Part shown: positions 26,881 to 36,532 of the stretch, piece by piece
Position numbering within the stretch: the first letter of the stretch is position 1
Layout of the letters: every line of letters begins with the position of its first letter
Source: a virus
IMG/VR virus record: IMGVR_UViG_3300029955_000024
Strand: one strand, 5' to 3'
Length of the DNA stretch: 64,000 nucleotides
The notes under the pieces: generated by a model
Told to the model about the DNA's origin: nothing
The model's database searches: none
The model's input: only the letters and a program-made list of their open reading frames with translations
Program-made: the position numbers and the translations under genes

Positions 26881-27369
26881 CTAATCTTCTCGGGAGGTGA
26901 ATAGGCTATCAAGCCCATCACCATAGATCATCTTTGCTTCTATCTGTTGTAGCTCAGCAGGAGTGAATTTGACGAAGGATTCAGTCTCCACTTTCTTGTC
27001 TTGAACCGCTTTGCTATACAAAACAGATTTAAGCTTCGTCTTTCCACCTGCTACAGCTTTACCATCTACCATGAAAACATAGGAGTCGGCGCTGTAGTCA
27101 GATGTTGGTGAATGAACAATCAGTTTAATCTTTCCTGACTTGCCACCGGTTATACTATCGGAGTGGTACTCACGATTGTAACCGTTTGCACATTTCTTTC
27201 TGTTATCCCTTTTCCAATCTTCACTACGTTTCATCCGTAGTTTCAGATCTCCCTTGAGGACCTTTCCTCCAGTTTTCTGATACTCTGGGTAAATCAAATC
27301 CATTAAGCCGTCGTCTACCCACGTTGATACATGGTTCCTTACTGATTCACTGATTCCTTTTCCACTCAA
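26881..27369 (-). CDS. hypothetical protein (162 aa)
   Basis: ORF track. Confidence 0.45.
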   Translation of the reverse strand: MSGKGISESVRNHVSTWVDDGLMDLIYPEYQKTGGKVLKGDLKLRMKRSEDWKRDNRKKCANGYNREYHSDSITGGKSGKIKLIVHSPTSDYSADSYVFMVDGKAVAGGKTKLKSVLYSKAVQDKKVETESFVKFTPAELQQIEAKMIYGDGLDSLFTSRED

Positions 27370-27378
27370 ATCCTTCTC

Positions 27379-27663
27379 CTAGTTCTGATTACTTTCATCT
27401 GCTGCTTCTGATATCGTTCTCATCATTGTTGCACCTTCAAACGAAGTTATGAACTCTATGCTTTTCTTCATAACTTCCCAGTAACCAAGGTCAGGGTGAA
27501 CAGAAGCAACGGACAAGGAAAGGTAAAAGAATAAGTTGTTGTAAGCTTCACTACCAATCGTTAGCTCTACAACAGATTCGAATAGTGATAACTTCTCACC
27601 GCTCAAGTATTCCCTTGCTTTCGCAATAACCTGTTCCTTGGCACCCTCGTTATTTTTATCCAT
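27379..27663 (-). CDS. hypothetical protein (94 aa)
   Basis: ORF track. Confidence 0.35.
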   Translation of the reverse strand: MDKNNEGAKEQVIAKAREYLSGEKLSLFESVVELTIGSEAYNNLFFYLSLSVASVHPDLGYWEVMKKSIEFITSFEGATMMRTISEAADESNQN

Positions 27664-27952
27664 TGTTCTCCTCTTCCTTGTTCTCCTTATCTGCGCTCCT
27701 GCTCAATAAGACAATGGCGAACCTAACACATTCCCAAAAAGATGTGTTTGGTTCAGTAATCCCAATTGCAAACATAGATAGCAGAAGCTGTCGAGAGATT
27801 ATAGCAGAAGGAAACGCGTGTTTCCTACATATTGCTAACATTTCCAACTGGTCGGTAGACAGAGCTTCAAGGATAAAACCTTCTACCCTTGCTTCTGCTA
27901 ACTCCTTTTTGACAGTTTCGTCAGCTTTCTCCACTTTATCTCCTATTACCAA
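27656..27952 (-). CDS. hypothetical protein (98 aa)
   Basis: ORF track. Confidence 0.35.
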   Translation of the reverse strand: MVIGDKVEKADETVKKELAEARVEGFILEALSTDQLEMLAICRKHAFPSAIISRQLLLSMFAIGITEPNTSFWECVRFAIVLLSRSADKENKEEENNG

Positions 27953-28149
27953 GGAAGGTTGTCAGTTACATCGATCTCAGGTGTTGGTACAACAACTTGG
28001 ACTTCCTTCTGAATGATCTGTCCATTGATAACACTTTCCACTATAACCGTGGAGAGTGTGTCAACATTGACATCATCAGAATTATCAAGTGGTTGGTTTT
28101 CAGATGATTGGGCCATCGACTGTGGATAGTATCTGTTTGTACCACACAT
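27946..28149 (-). CDS. hypothetical protein (67 aa)
   Basis: ORF track. Confidence 0.3.
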   Translation of the reverse strand: MCGTNRYYPQSMAQSSENQPLDNSDDVNVDTLSTVIVESVINGQIIQKEVQVVVPTPEIDVTDNLPW

Positions 28150-28510
28150 TGTCCTTACTCCTCTCTGCCAATTCTATTAACACATCTCCATGGCAACTCA
28201 AAGGAAAGCACCAGCATCCAAGAGTCTTATCTTGTAATTGGGTTAGTTGAGAAAGTATATTTTTCCTCATTACTTCCCAACTATTCTGCCAAAGGGCCGG
28301 GAAACGATTGTATACCCAGTCTTCCTTTAACAACCAAGCTCTGTAACAGTCCACAGACTCTTGTCTACTATCCACTTGGAAAGTAGCAAAAGTCTTGTTA
28401 ACGTCTAGATGAGTGAACGGATTACCAAGCTCGGTTGTTCTATCTATCCGAATATCAAATTTACCCCTCTTCAGATGGACAACTCTCCCTGGCATCTTTT
28501 CTCCCTTCAT
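28100..28510 (-). CDS. DUF4326-like protein
   Basis: 'LGNPF...YRAWLL...LGCWCFPLSCHGDVL' pattern recalled for DUF4326 phage proteins. Confidence 0.4.
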   Translation of the reverse strand: MKGEKMPGRVVHLKRGKFDIRIDRTTELGNPFTHLDVNKTFATFQVDSRQESVDCYRAWLLKEDWVYNRFPALWQNSWEVMRKNILSQLTQLQDKTLGCWCFPLSCHGDVLIELAERSKDNVWYKQILSTVDGPII

Positions 28511-28672
28511 TACGCCGTGCTCTGAACATCATTGACGATATGAATGTATATACTTTTACAAGTATATACTCAACCGTGTTTGCTAGCCAAATTATCGATG
28601 CAATTATAAAGACTACAACCAAACCGTCTAGGTTTACACTTGATGGATGAAACATCTAACCTTTCTCCGAGG

Positions 28673-29206
28673 TTACGAACTAACCGGTTTTTCTATTAAC
28701 TCTCTTAGACAAGTTACAAGAAATTTGTCCACAGTCAAAGTTGTACTTGGTAACACAGTTACCACTTTTATACCTAAACCAGTGGCAATCCGAATGCCTT
28801 GTCTTGTCCCACCGTTGCCATCTTCTTGTGGAAATGCACACACAAGACAAGATCCTTCGATAATACCGAAGTTACGAGCATGAAGCTTAAACGCTCCCTG
28901 TGTTAGAAAACTTGGATTCGGATGGTATTGTATAACTGAATCTCTCCAATCCAGATGAACCAACTCATCATACACAATCTTGTGTGTACAGTCTCTCGGT
29001 ATAATCCCCGAGTTGTATGAGTACCAAGGCAAATACACTCGTAGATTCTTGGGTGTAGCGTTTAGCATGGCTGCGTGATCAATTCCCATTGCTGCTCCAG
29101 TAGCGATTACATAGTCGAGGAAGGAGAATTTTCTCGCTGCAGCTGCAGCTAATACAAGTTGTCGTTGACTGGGGTTACGAGTGCCAATAATGGCAATCTT
29201 GCTCAT
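28673..29206 (-). CDS. DprA/Smf-like Rossmann (SLOG superfamily) protein, paralog 1
   Basis: 'IAIIGTR...ATGAAMGIDHAAM...GNGGTRQGIRIATGLGIKVVTV' follows the DprA pattern (vaIVGSR...SGlArGIDaaAH...SGslITA..A). Confidence 0.6.
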   Translation of the reverse strand: MSKIAIIGTRNPSQRQLVLAAAAARKFSFLDYVIATGAAMGIDHAAMLNATPKNLRVYLPWYSYNSGIIPRDCTHKIVYDELVHLDWRDSVIQYHPNPSFLTQGAFKLHARNFGIIEGSCLVCAFPQEDGNGGTRQGIRIATGLGIKVVTVLPSTTLTVDKFLVTCLRELIEKPVSS

Positions 29207-29223
29207 TACTTATCTCCAATGTA

Positions 29224-29532
29224 TCACTTCTTCGGTGTCAAAGTTCCGAGAGAACGTGTGTAGCAGAGAACTTTACCGTCTACTGCTACACCAACATAGT
29301 TTCCATTCTCTCGGAACTGGACGACCTCATGTCCTTCTCTAGCTAACTTCCCCCAGAGGCTTGGCTTGTTTGGATTTTGTTCAATTGCAAGGACAGGTTT
29401 TCCACCGGTGTCCCTGAAAAACGCGGTACGAAGACCACTAATTGATGTCCTCTTGATAGTTAGTGACTTACCACTCTTCGTTATCCCCGTGAACAATGCT
29501 CTTGCTATTGCTTTGAACAGAGTTCCATTCAT
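29224..29532 (-). CDS. hypothetical protein with P-loop-like motif (102 aa)
   Basis: 'TGITKSGKS' fits GxxxxGKS but the protein is too short for a standard kinase or ATPase; overlaps next gene by 65 nt. Confidence 0.3.
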   Translation of the reverse strand: MNGTLFKAIARALFTGITKSGKSLTIKRTSISGLRTAFFRDTGGKPVLAIEQNPNKPSLWGKLAREGHEVVQFRENGNYVGVAVDGKVLCYTRSLGTLTPKK

Positions 29533-30061
29533 ATTCCCTCCGTTGGCTTTGTTCTCTCAACCGTTCGATACACAGAGCCATTAGCTCACCTTTGCTAATA
29601 GCAGACTCTGGTTCGATAGGGATCACAGGAATGTCGTAGTAGGTTGCCATCTTTATTGCTATGGCAGTGGCACCATTCCCACCGGACTGTGGGAATGCAA
29701 CTAACAGCTCACTACCTACGACGGCACCGTAGGTACAAGCATGGATTGCAATTGCCCCTTTACTTAACACTGACGGGTTAGGGTGGAAAGCGAACACAGC
29801 ATCTCTCCATGCTGGGTCCCTAAACTCATCGTACAAATAAATGTTTGCATGAGATGGGAGCATATCTTGGGCATAGCTCAACCATGGAATTACAACATTT
29901 AACTTTGGTTCCTTGCAGTTCATCATTACTGATTGATCAACGCCTCTAGAGCCTCCAGTGAATATATCAAAACCCTTTCCCGAGAATTCTTTTGCTACAA
30001 CCGCAGCTAGATACAACTGGGTTGTTACTGGCCTACGGGTTCCCAGTACTGCTATCTTCAT
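29468..30061 (-). CDS. DprA/Smf-like Rossmann (SLOG superfamily) protein, paralog 2
   Basis: 'IAVLGTRRP...TGGSRGVDQSVM...GGNGATAIAIKMATYYDIPVIPI'; clearly paralogous to 28673..29206. Confidence 0.6.
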   Translation of the reverse strand: MKIAVLGTRRPVTTQLYLAAVVAKEFSGKGFDIFTGGSRGVDQSVMMNCKEPKLNVVIPWLSYAQDMLPSHANIYLYDEFRDPAWRDAVFAFHPNPSVLSKGAIAIHACTYGAVVGSELLVAFPQSGGNGATAIAIKMATYYDIPVIPIEPESAISKGELMALCIERLREQSQRREYEWNSVQSNSKSIVHGDNEEW

Positions 30062-30073
30062 ACGTCTTCTCCT

Positions 30074-30493
30074 TTACATCTCAAGGGGACTATTCGTTCT
30101 TCGTTCATTATATTTCTCCTCAGTCCACTGCTGTCTGATATACCCGAGAAATCCACAATTCCCTGTGATTATGTCGACACTGAACACACTCACAAGGGCA
30201 AGAACTTCCAAAGCACTTATACTTATGGAATTAAACAGCATACCAACGAAGACAGCCACCGTGATCTTCATGTTGTGTGATGTTATTGGTCTAACCACGA
30301 GGTTAACTGCCCATGCTACGAGTAAAACAGGAAGTTTCCAAGACAAAAAACTAATGATAGACCAGTCACAGATGCTCTTAAAGAGCTTAAACTTCAGTGA
30401 TTTACGTCGATAGGCTAGGCAATTTTTACAGAGCACCGCTGCAAATAGAGCAGTTAACAACAGAGCAATGTAACGATGGAATGCTTTCACCAT
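30074..30493 (-). CDS. membrane protein (139 aa)
   Basis: Multiple TM helices. Confidence 0.4.
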   Translation of the reverse strand: MVKAFHRYIALLLTALFAAVLCKNCLAYRRKSLKFKLFKSICDWSIISFLSWKLPVLLVAWAVNLVVRPITSHNMKITVAVFVGMLFNSISISALEVLALVSVFSVDIITGNCGFLGYIRQQWTEEKYNERRTNSPLEM

Positions 30494-30496
30494 AGG

Positions 30497-30766
30497 TCAC
30501 TTCCCTATTGGACTGTTTCTGACAGCCTCGATGAAGGGATTTGTATCGGTTGGGTATAGCATACCGGTATCTTCATGTCTTACTACCCAACCTTTTTCCA
30601 TTGCTTGGGCTCCGTTTTCATACCCACGGGTGAAACAAACGTTACCAACAACAGTTAACAAGCAGAATCCAACCCATGATGCCAAACCTGTCATATTACG
30701 TTTGGCGAGTTGAACCATGGTGTAGATACCAACCAACCCTGCACAAGCTACCAGCCAAAACTTCAT
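30497..30766 (-). CDS. membrane protein (89 aa)
   Basis: Two TM helices. Confidence 0.4.
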   Translation of the reverse strand: MKFWLVACAGLVGIYTMVQLAKRNMTGLASWVGFCLLTVVGNVCFTRGYENGAQAMEKGWVVRHEDTGMLYPTDTNPFIEAVRNSPIGK

Positions 30767-30768
30767 GA

Positions 30769-31065
30769 CTACCCCCGTGTTGCAGATGGTAAAGTTGTTT
30801 CCTTCCGTCCTGCTCCACCAGTTTTAGATTCCTTTGCCAAGACAGGAACGTTAACAACTGGTTCAATCGGTGCGTGTATAGCAGACTTCACAGACACTAA
30901 GTCCTGTACATCAAAGGACTCAGTTGCTATCGGTCTACCATCCTTGTCCAATTTCTCAGGGGTAACCTGAACACGTACACAACCATTCAGGTATACTGTC
31001 ACTGCTGTGACAATACCAGTGAAACCGGTTACTCGATCCTTAGCTCGGTCGCCCAGCTTAACCAT
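30769..31065 (-). CDS. hypothetical protein (98 aa)
   Basis: ORF track. Confidence 0.4.
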   Translation of the reverse strand: MVKLGDRAKDRVTGFTGIVTAVTVYLNGCVRVQVTPEKLDKDGRPIATESFDVQDLVSVKSAIHAPIEPVVNVPVLAKESKTGGAGRKETTLPSATRG

Positions 31066-31558
31066 TTTCTATCTCCTTTTCCTCGGCTGATTGCCTTGTC
31101 TTGATGTAGTTATATCTTATCTGAACTTTTAAAGCATTGGTCTGCAACAGCAGGATCTCTTTCGTATCAGCAGGATAGAACATATCCAGTATAGCCTTTG
31201 GTGCTTTCCAATGAATTTCAAGCATCTCAACAAGGCTACCAGAAGAATCCTTAACCTTTACTTTGTCCATACTGGTACGTTCCCAACCGGAGCTCCTTAG
31301 GAACTCTAACCTTTCGTATGGTTTACCCTTCATACGATTACGGTACTCGTTTGTTACCCAAGCTTCCTGTAGGTCGAGTTCCTGCCTTACCTTGAGAGCT
31401 TTATCTACAGCTTCTTTCCTTGCTGCTTCTAAAACTCTATCATATTCTTGTTGTTGGATACAGCGAGGACAATAATGTCCATCAAAGCCGCACTCACGAA
31501 CGTTCAGACGCCCGTTTATTGATAACACCACTTTGTGGAAAAATTGACAAGGCATCAT
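31058..31558 (-). CDS. hypothetical protein with N-terminal Cys cluster (166 aa)
   Basis: ORF track. Confidence 0.45.
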   Translation of the reverse strand: MMPCQFFHKVVLSINGRLNVRECGFDGHYCPRCIQQQEYDRVLEAARKEAVDKALKVRQELDLQEAWVTNEYRNRMKGKPYERLEFLRSSGWERTSMDKVKVKDSSGSLVEMLEIHWKAPKAILDMFYPADTKEILLLQTNALKVQIRYNYIKTRQSAEEKEIENG

Positions 31559-31853
31559 ATCTCCTGTGAAACAAGATCAGGTTTCATCAGGTGCCCATGA
31601 GGTACCTTATGTCCTGTACAAATTCAATCTTCTACTGAGTTTCTTCTTGGCCATTTAACTCTGTCCAGAAGTACTAGACTTTCGTGAATGGATTGGTACG
31701 GTACCATACCTAGGTTTATCGTTAATATCATAACGAATGTCGGAAGCTTCCAATAAGGAGTCACACATTAAACATAAAATTGTGTGACCATCTTCTTGCA
31801 ACCCCCCAAAACTCAGAGATCCAGGGCAACTCTCTTTCACAGCTTCCATGTGG

Positions 31854-32105
31854 TTAACCTCCAGAGTTAATACGCTTTGCCCATCTGAACCTTTGGTTCG
31901 TCGCGTCGTGGAAAGATTCCTTTATATTGTAATACAAATACGCAAGAAAGAAAGTCCCCATTGGAGTTACTCCAATGGCGAAGAACGCCCACATAAACAT
32001 TCCGAAGTTGCTACATCTGTTCCGTCTGACATACCAGAGTAGCAGTATCAACATAAGAGATGGGTAAATGTAGTCTATGAAGAACAACCAATTAGGATTG
32101 GGCAT
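31854..32105 (-). CDS. small membrane protein (83 aa)
   Basis: ORF track. Confidence 0.35.
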   Translation of the reverse strand: MPNPNWLFFIDYIYPSLMLILLLWYVRRNRCSNFGMFMWAFFAIGVTPMGTFFLAYLYYNIKESFHDATNQRFRWAKRINSGG

Positions 32106-32335
32106 TATCCACCGTTACTTCTTTGTACAGCAGAGCAAGTCTTACTATAACCCGTTCAGTTTCATTCAGTTTATAGTAAGCCTGCTTTAAACCTTTGAGC
32201 AGTGTCGCGGCTTCTTCACGCGAACAAATGGGATCAGTTGCATTCATTCTATTTTCCTTTTACTGTACAAAAAGGCCCTCTTGATAAACAACTATCAAGA
32301 GGGCGAATTATCAGGTTAACAGGATAATGCATGAG

Positions 32336-33115
32336 CTACGGTTTGTCCGCGTGCGCCCAGACAATCTCTTCGTATTTCTTCTCGTCCCAGACTTCGACGT
32401 AGTAAGACTCTGAACCATTGATCACTACGAGGAACGGGTCCGGTTCAATAACCTCTAGAGCCTTTTGCCCTTTTGTCTCTACCAAAGCTTCTACGAGCAA
32501 TTGTGCTGTAGGACAAGCACGACTTATCTCCAAGGCTTTTTCCAAGACAAATGGTTCTATGTCCTTGTCAAACGTACTCAGGGTGAACAACTTCCAATGC
32601 CGTTCAACTCTTTCACCTCTTCCCCATTGAGAGCTATCGCTAGGGATCAGCCAGGTCACAGCAGTTAACAACGCTATTGCGTTCAACGCGGTCAAGACGA
32701 CCGTTAACACTAATCCACTCTCAGAGATTAGTGCAGGCTGAAGAAACTCTTGATATTTCGGTGGTAGCCTGACTACCCAATCGAAACCATCGTACCAATT
32801 GATGATGTTCAAAACTAATGGGAAAATCAGTACCACTGCTATCGCCAAGTACTTCAACTTTTCTTTTGTTCCTGACCACATTCCAATGTACTCTTGACTT
32901 TTCTTGTAAGCTTTGACATCCTCGATATCAAAAGGAGTGATATCGATTCCTTTCAAAGCTTTAAGAAGCGGTTTTGCTGGTGGGGTCCTCACAGCAACCA
33001 AAAGTCTGGAGTAGCCAAGCTCGTCTTGAACTTTCTTGGCAAACTCCACACTGGAAGTATCAGCCTCTTGAACAGCTGGTATCTCCATGCTCATTCTTCT
33101 CAGGACGTTTCCCAT
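32336..33115 (-). CDS. membrane protein (259 aa, 2 central TM)
   Basis: ORF track. Confidence 0.45.
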   Translation of the reverse strand: MGNVLRRMSMEIPAVQEADTSSVEFAKKVQDELGYSRLLVAVRTPPAKPLLKALKGIDITPFDIEDVKAYKKSQEYIGMWSGTKEKLKYLAIAVVLIFPLVLNIINWYDGFDWVVRLPPKYQEFLQPALISESGLVLTVVLTALNAIALLTAVTWLIPSDSSQWGRGERVERHWKLFTLSTFDKDIEPFVLEKALEISRACPTAQLLVEALVETKGQKALEVIEPDPFLVVINGSESYYVEVWDEKKYEEIVWAHADKP

Positions 33116-33572
33116 CTCATCCTTCTCCTTGTGACAATACTACGTAGTTTCAGGGTGCCGTTCCCATCCAAGAGAACGGCACCAAGAAGTTACTGGATTG
33201 GGGTTGTTGGCGTCTGTTCTGTGTGGAACAACTTACTCGCATAACCCTTGGTGGCGTCAATGCCGTTCATCAATCCATCAGAAACGGATTGATAATCTGC
33301 CAGCCGTTGTTCCCTTGAACGCAGGCTGAAGTAAGCACCGGTGCCAATGGCACCTATGCTAAGTATTCCGAGGAACCATCTCAACATGATCTCAACTCCT
33401 TATTGGCCAAAGCCGGAGGGTTTTGTTCGTAGTGTTTTTCAACGTCTTAGTGCCTTCTTCAAGGTTTCCCAACAGATGACAATCAAAACGAGAGAACACA
33501 GGAATACAGCCACCAAAAAAACTAGATGGCATATAGTACCCAAAGTGACAATTAACACAGCGAGCATGTTTT

Positions 33573-33923
33573 TCATGCCACATCCTTTAGCTGAATGGAC
33601 TTTCCACGCAGTTTGTTCAATGGCCATATAACACAGAAGATAACGATTGCATTCACAATCGTAGCTCCTCCTGCGAACGTAACTGCGTTAGGATTGTCGA
33701 TACCGGTATGCCCATAGTTCAGACACTCGGTAGTCAAAAGGGTGAGCACTTTGTGATTGGCAACCCAGTTGAAAAACTTCCCTTGGTTGACCCAACGACT
33801 TAGTTTAAATACTTCGGCTATTGCATCCAAATGGGATAGCATCAGCCAAGATAGAGCAGACAACCCCATGCCTGCTATGAAACTGGATCTAGCAGTGGGA
33901 GTTAACGAACTTATTCCTGCCAT
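33573..33923 (-). CDS. membrane protein (116 aa)
   Basis: Hydrophobic. Confidence 0.4.
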   Translation of the reverse strand: MAGISSLTPTARSSFIAGMGLSALSWLMLSHLDAIAEVFKLSRWVNQGKFFNWVANHKVLTLLTTECLNYGHTGIDNPNAVTFAGGATIVNAIVIFCVIWPLNKLRGKSIQLKDVA

Positions 33924-33931
33924 ACTCTCTC

Positions 33932-34258
33932 CTACGTTTCTAAGCTAACGTCACTGTCCAATTCTTCGTCTGCTCGGAACTTGGAGTTGTGGTTCACTAC
34001 GTTGGCTACCCCTAACTCGAACAGCCTTGTATTCACCACTGTTCTAGTTAGCTTTACAATCTGTTTAGTAGCAATCTCTTCAACCTTGTTTGGTTCACCA
34101 GCTTGTCCAGCTAGCAAACTATCCAGAATTGGTATACTGATGGGATCTTGATCAGTCCCATCAAGCAAACGTTTCCTCTTGCGATAGGAAACAAATACCC
34201 AGACACCACCAACTTCAGCTAGCTTCATTCCGACAGCTGCCAACAGAAGGTTCAGCAT
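33932..34258 (-). CDS. hypothetical protein (108 aa)
   Basis: ORF track. Confidence 0.4.
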   Translation of the reverse strand: MLNLLLAAVGMKLAEVGGVWVFVSYRKRKRLLDGTDQDPISIPILDSLLAGQAGEPNKVEEIATKQIVKLTRTVVNTRLFELGVANVVNHNSKFRADEELDSDVSLET

Positions 34259-34264
34259 GACGCC

Positions 34265-34588
34265 TCACTTTCTGGCTTCTACAAAGTTTTCTACAAAGTT
34301 AGCGTTGCCACTGGAAGGTGAACTGGAGGACACTGATTGCTTGGTGACTTTCTCACCAAGAGCAAGTGCCATGGAACTTTCCTTCTGTACGCAGGTAGCC
34401 CCGCATATAGGACGAGACCCAGAGATGTGTAGGATAGCCGGATCCCAACTGGATAGTAGGATCCCTTCCTTCGTTGGAACGGATACTAACCAAGTGTTAG
34501 TTTCACCCTTGGTGGTGCCACAGACGGCACACTTATACCCAATGTAAACGTATGGATTCGAAGCGTGGAATTCCATTACCACCCCCAA
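34265..34588 (-). CDS. hypothetical Cys-containing protein (107 aa)
   Basis: ORF track. Confidence 0.4.
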   Translation of the reverse strand: MGVVMEFHASNPYVYIGYKCAVCGTTKGETNTWLVSVPTKEGILLSSWDPAILHISGSRPICGATCVQKESSMALALGEKVTKQSVSSSSPSSGNANFVENFVEARK

Positions 34589-35025
34589 TGTCCGGAAACG
34601 ATCAAATGATTCAGTCTTACTAATAGCCCTGAATACATTGACCAGAAGATGGTTATAACGAAGAACGCTGGTACCACAACAAACGCTACGTGTTTGGTGT
34701 TCTCCGTATAACGCTCTATCTTCTTGGCTTCCGGTTCCGGTTCCTTCGAGAGTTTAAGCAGTCCCTGTAAACCGGGGACTTGCATATAAACCTTGTCCTG
34801 TTCGCATTCGTAAGTTGCGCAGAACTCACAGATTGCAGATTCGCAGTCTAACCAAAGTCTCTGGAAGATAACATCTCCCTGTTTGAGACCTGCTGCTTTG
34901 TGCTTCTTCGCTAGCTCAATGTTTCTGGCTAGCCTTTTGGACAGAGAATGTAAAGCTGTCTTGCGAACGACAGTAAGTTTCTTATCATCGTACCAGCTCC
35001 CCATTCTTTCCAGAATATCCAGCAT
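34576..35025 (-). CDS. hypothetical protein with C-terminal TM (149 aa)
   Basis: ORF track. Confidence 0.4.
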   Translation of the reverse strand: MLDILERMGSWYDDKKLTVVRKTALHSLSKRLARNIELAKKHKAAGLKQGDVIFQRLWLDCESAICEFCATYECEQDKVYMQVPGLQGLLKLSKEPEPEAKKIERYTENTKHVAFVVVPAFFVITIFWSMYSGLLVRLNHLIVSGHWGW

Positions 35026-35162
35026 GAGCCAGCTCCTTTCCTATACTAATGATGAAGACAAATTGTTGGTACGCTAAGTACCAACAATTTAATCTCCATC
35101 CGTATTGGATGGTCTAACAGACAACAAAACATCCCCGTAGGATTGCTCCTACGGGGAGTCTA

Positions 35163-35861
35163 CTACTTGATGCGGGTCGCGTTCGGGATGGTGGAAACGA
35201 TCTCGGACGTACCGTCCTTGTACTTGACTTCCAACATCTCAACGCGGAGGCTGTGCTGCCCTTCCAACTGCTGTTGAACAGCGGCATTGCCTACACGTAG
35301 TGCTGCAGCGCGTGCCGCCCTGCTGTACATCGGCTGACCGATAACGTTCAGACTCAGAACCTCCTCGTTGTCGGCGATCGATCTGAGCACATCTTCGTCC
35401 GGACCGAATCCGTTCAGACGAATCGTTTCGCCCTTACGGAATCGACCGATCAAAGAGATGTAAGGCTCACCGGTTTCCGTGTAGCCTTTCTCCGTGCGAC
35501 CGCGATAACGCTGGATACGCCCGCCAACGTTCACTTCCTGAGCTGCCCGTGGAGCAGCGGTAACGTCGCGAACGATCTGAATGCCGGTGCAAACATCCAA
35601 ACGGATCTGCCGTTGGAAAGTCCCGCCCAATGCTGACTCCGAGATATTGAAGACAGCCTGACCGGGGTAGTACTCACCGGACACTTCGAGGTCAATTGGC
35701 CGAGCCGACCTTGCAGGACTCGGTGCGCCCACTGGGGCCGTACGACTGGAATGAGCAGCTGGTACTGCCGGCGCTGCCGTTGTTGGCTGGTTCTGATTGG
35801 CTTGTTCCATTGTATTATTCTCCGCGACTGAGTCGCTAAGTTCATCGATCTCTTTTCCCAT
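35163..35861 (-). CDS. hypothetical protein encoded in a GC-rich island
   Basis: 232-aa ORF; local GC visibly higher than flanks; Ala/Pro/Arg-rich N-terminus. Confidence 0.45.
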   Translation of the reverse strand: MGKEIDELSDSVAENNTMEQANQNQPTTAAPAVPAAHSSRTAPVGAPSPARSARPIDLEVSGEYYPGQAVFNISESALGGTFQRQIRLDVCTGIQIVRDVTAAPRAAQEVNVGGRIQRYRGRTEKGYTETGEPYISLIGRFRKGETIRLNGFGPDEDVLRSIADNEEVLSLNVIGQPMYSRAARAAALRVGNAAVQQQLEGQHSLRVEMLEVKYKDGTSEIVSTIPNATRIK

Positions 35862-35961
35862 GAACCTCCTTACATAATGGGTGTATACCCATTTACACCT
35901 GCTTTAGCAGGGAATGAAGGGGTGATAGAACCAGTAACTTATACAGTCACCCTAGTCAATC

Positions 35962-36438
35962 CTACCCACTATTGTGGGCCCCGGAGACTACAGATTCTAC
36001 CACCACCACTTGTTTAAGCTGTTTGTCCCGAGCTGCTAAATAGCGCTCACGTAAGGTCAAACTACGCTTGATCTCTTGTTCTGGATCTCTTGTTCTGGTC
36101 CAAGCCACACATCTATAACAGTATGGATGGAATGGTTCAGGGCTCTCACCACTTTCACAGTACACACATCCCTGTTGACAACTACATGGTGAGTATTCAG
36201 AGCACAGCTCTTTCATACGTTCCTTGGTTTGGTCAGTGTGAATCTCCCATCCGGGCGATTTACTCTCTACCTTATCAACAGACTTGTCAAACCTGTATAG
36301 CAAAGTAGTATCTTTGCTAAAACGGTTTAACTTCCAGCTTAACCTCTCCTTCTCCTCCATCATTGCTCCTTGTAACAAGAACCGGTGCCGTTTCCATGGG
36401 ACCATATATTCTGGAATAGTAGCCCCTGCGTATGCCAC
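35962..36438 (-). CDS. Cys-rich hypothetical protein (158 aa)
   Basis: 'CSCQQGCVYCESGESPEPFHPYCYRCVAW'. Confidence 0.45.
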   Translation of the reverse strand: MAYAGATIPEYMVPWKRHRFLLQGAMMEEKERLSWKLNRFSKDTTLLYRFDKSVDKVESKSPGWEIHTDQTKERMKELCSEYSPCSCQQGCVYCESGESPEPFHPYCYRCVAWTRTRDPEQEIKRSLTLRERYLAARDKQLKQVVVVESVVSGAHNSG

Positions 36439-36532
36439 CCCTTAGAAACGGTAGTGGCCTTAGTACCGTGTCGCCGTCTAGACGTTGACACGGTTCCGGC
36501 TTAGGCTGTGCCCGATAACGGCCAAACTTGTG

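Noticed and set aside
29224-29532. Polynucleotide kinase call based on the GITKSGKS P-loop
   Set aside because: Only 102 aa, with no Walker B or lid region. It may be a coincidental motif or a fragment.
35531-35845. 104-aa Arg-rich ORF inside the GC-rich gene
   Set aside because: Same-strand alternate frame of a high-GC CDS; typical shadow ORF.
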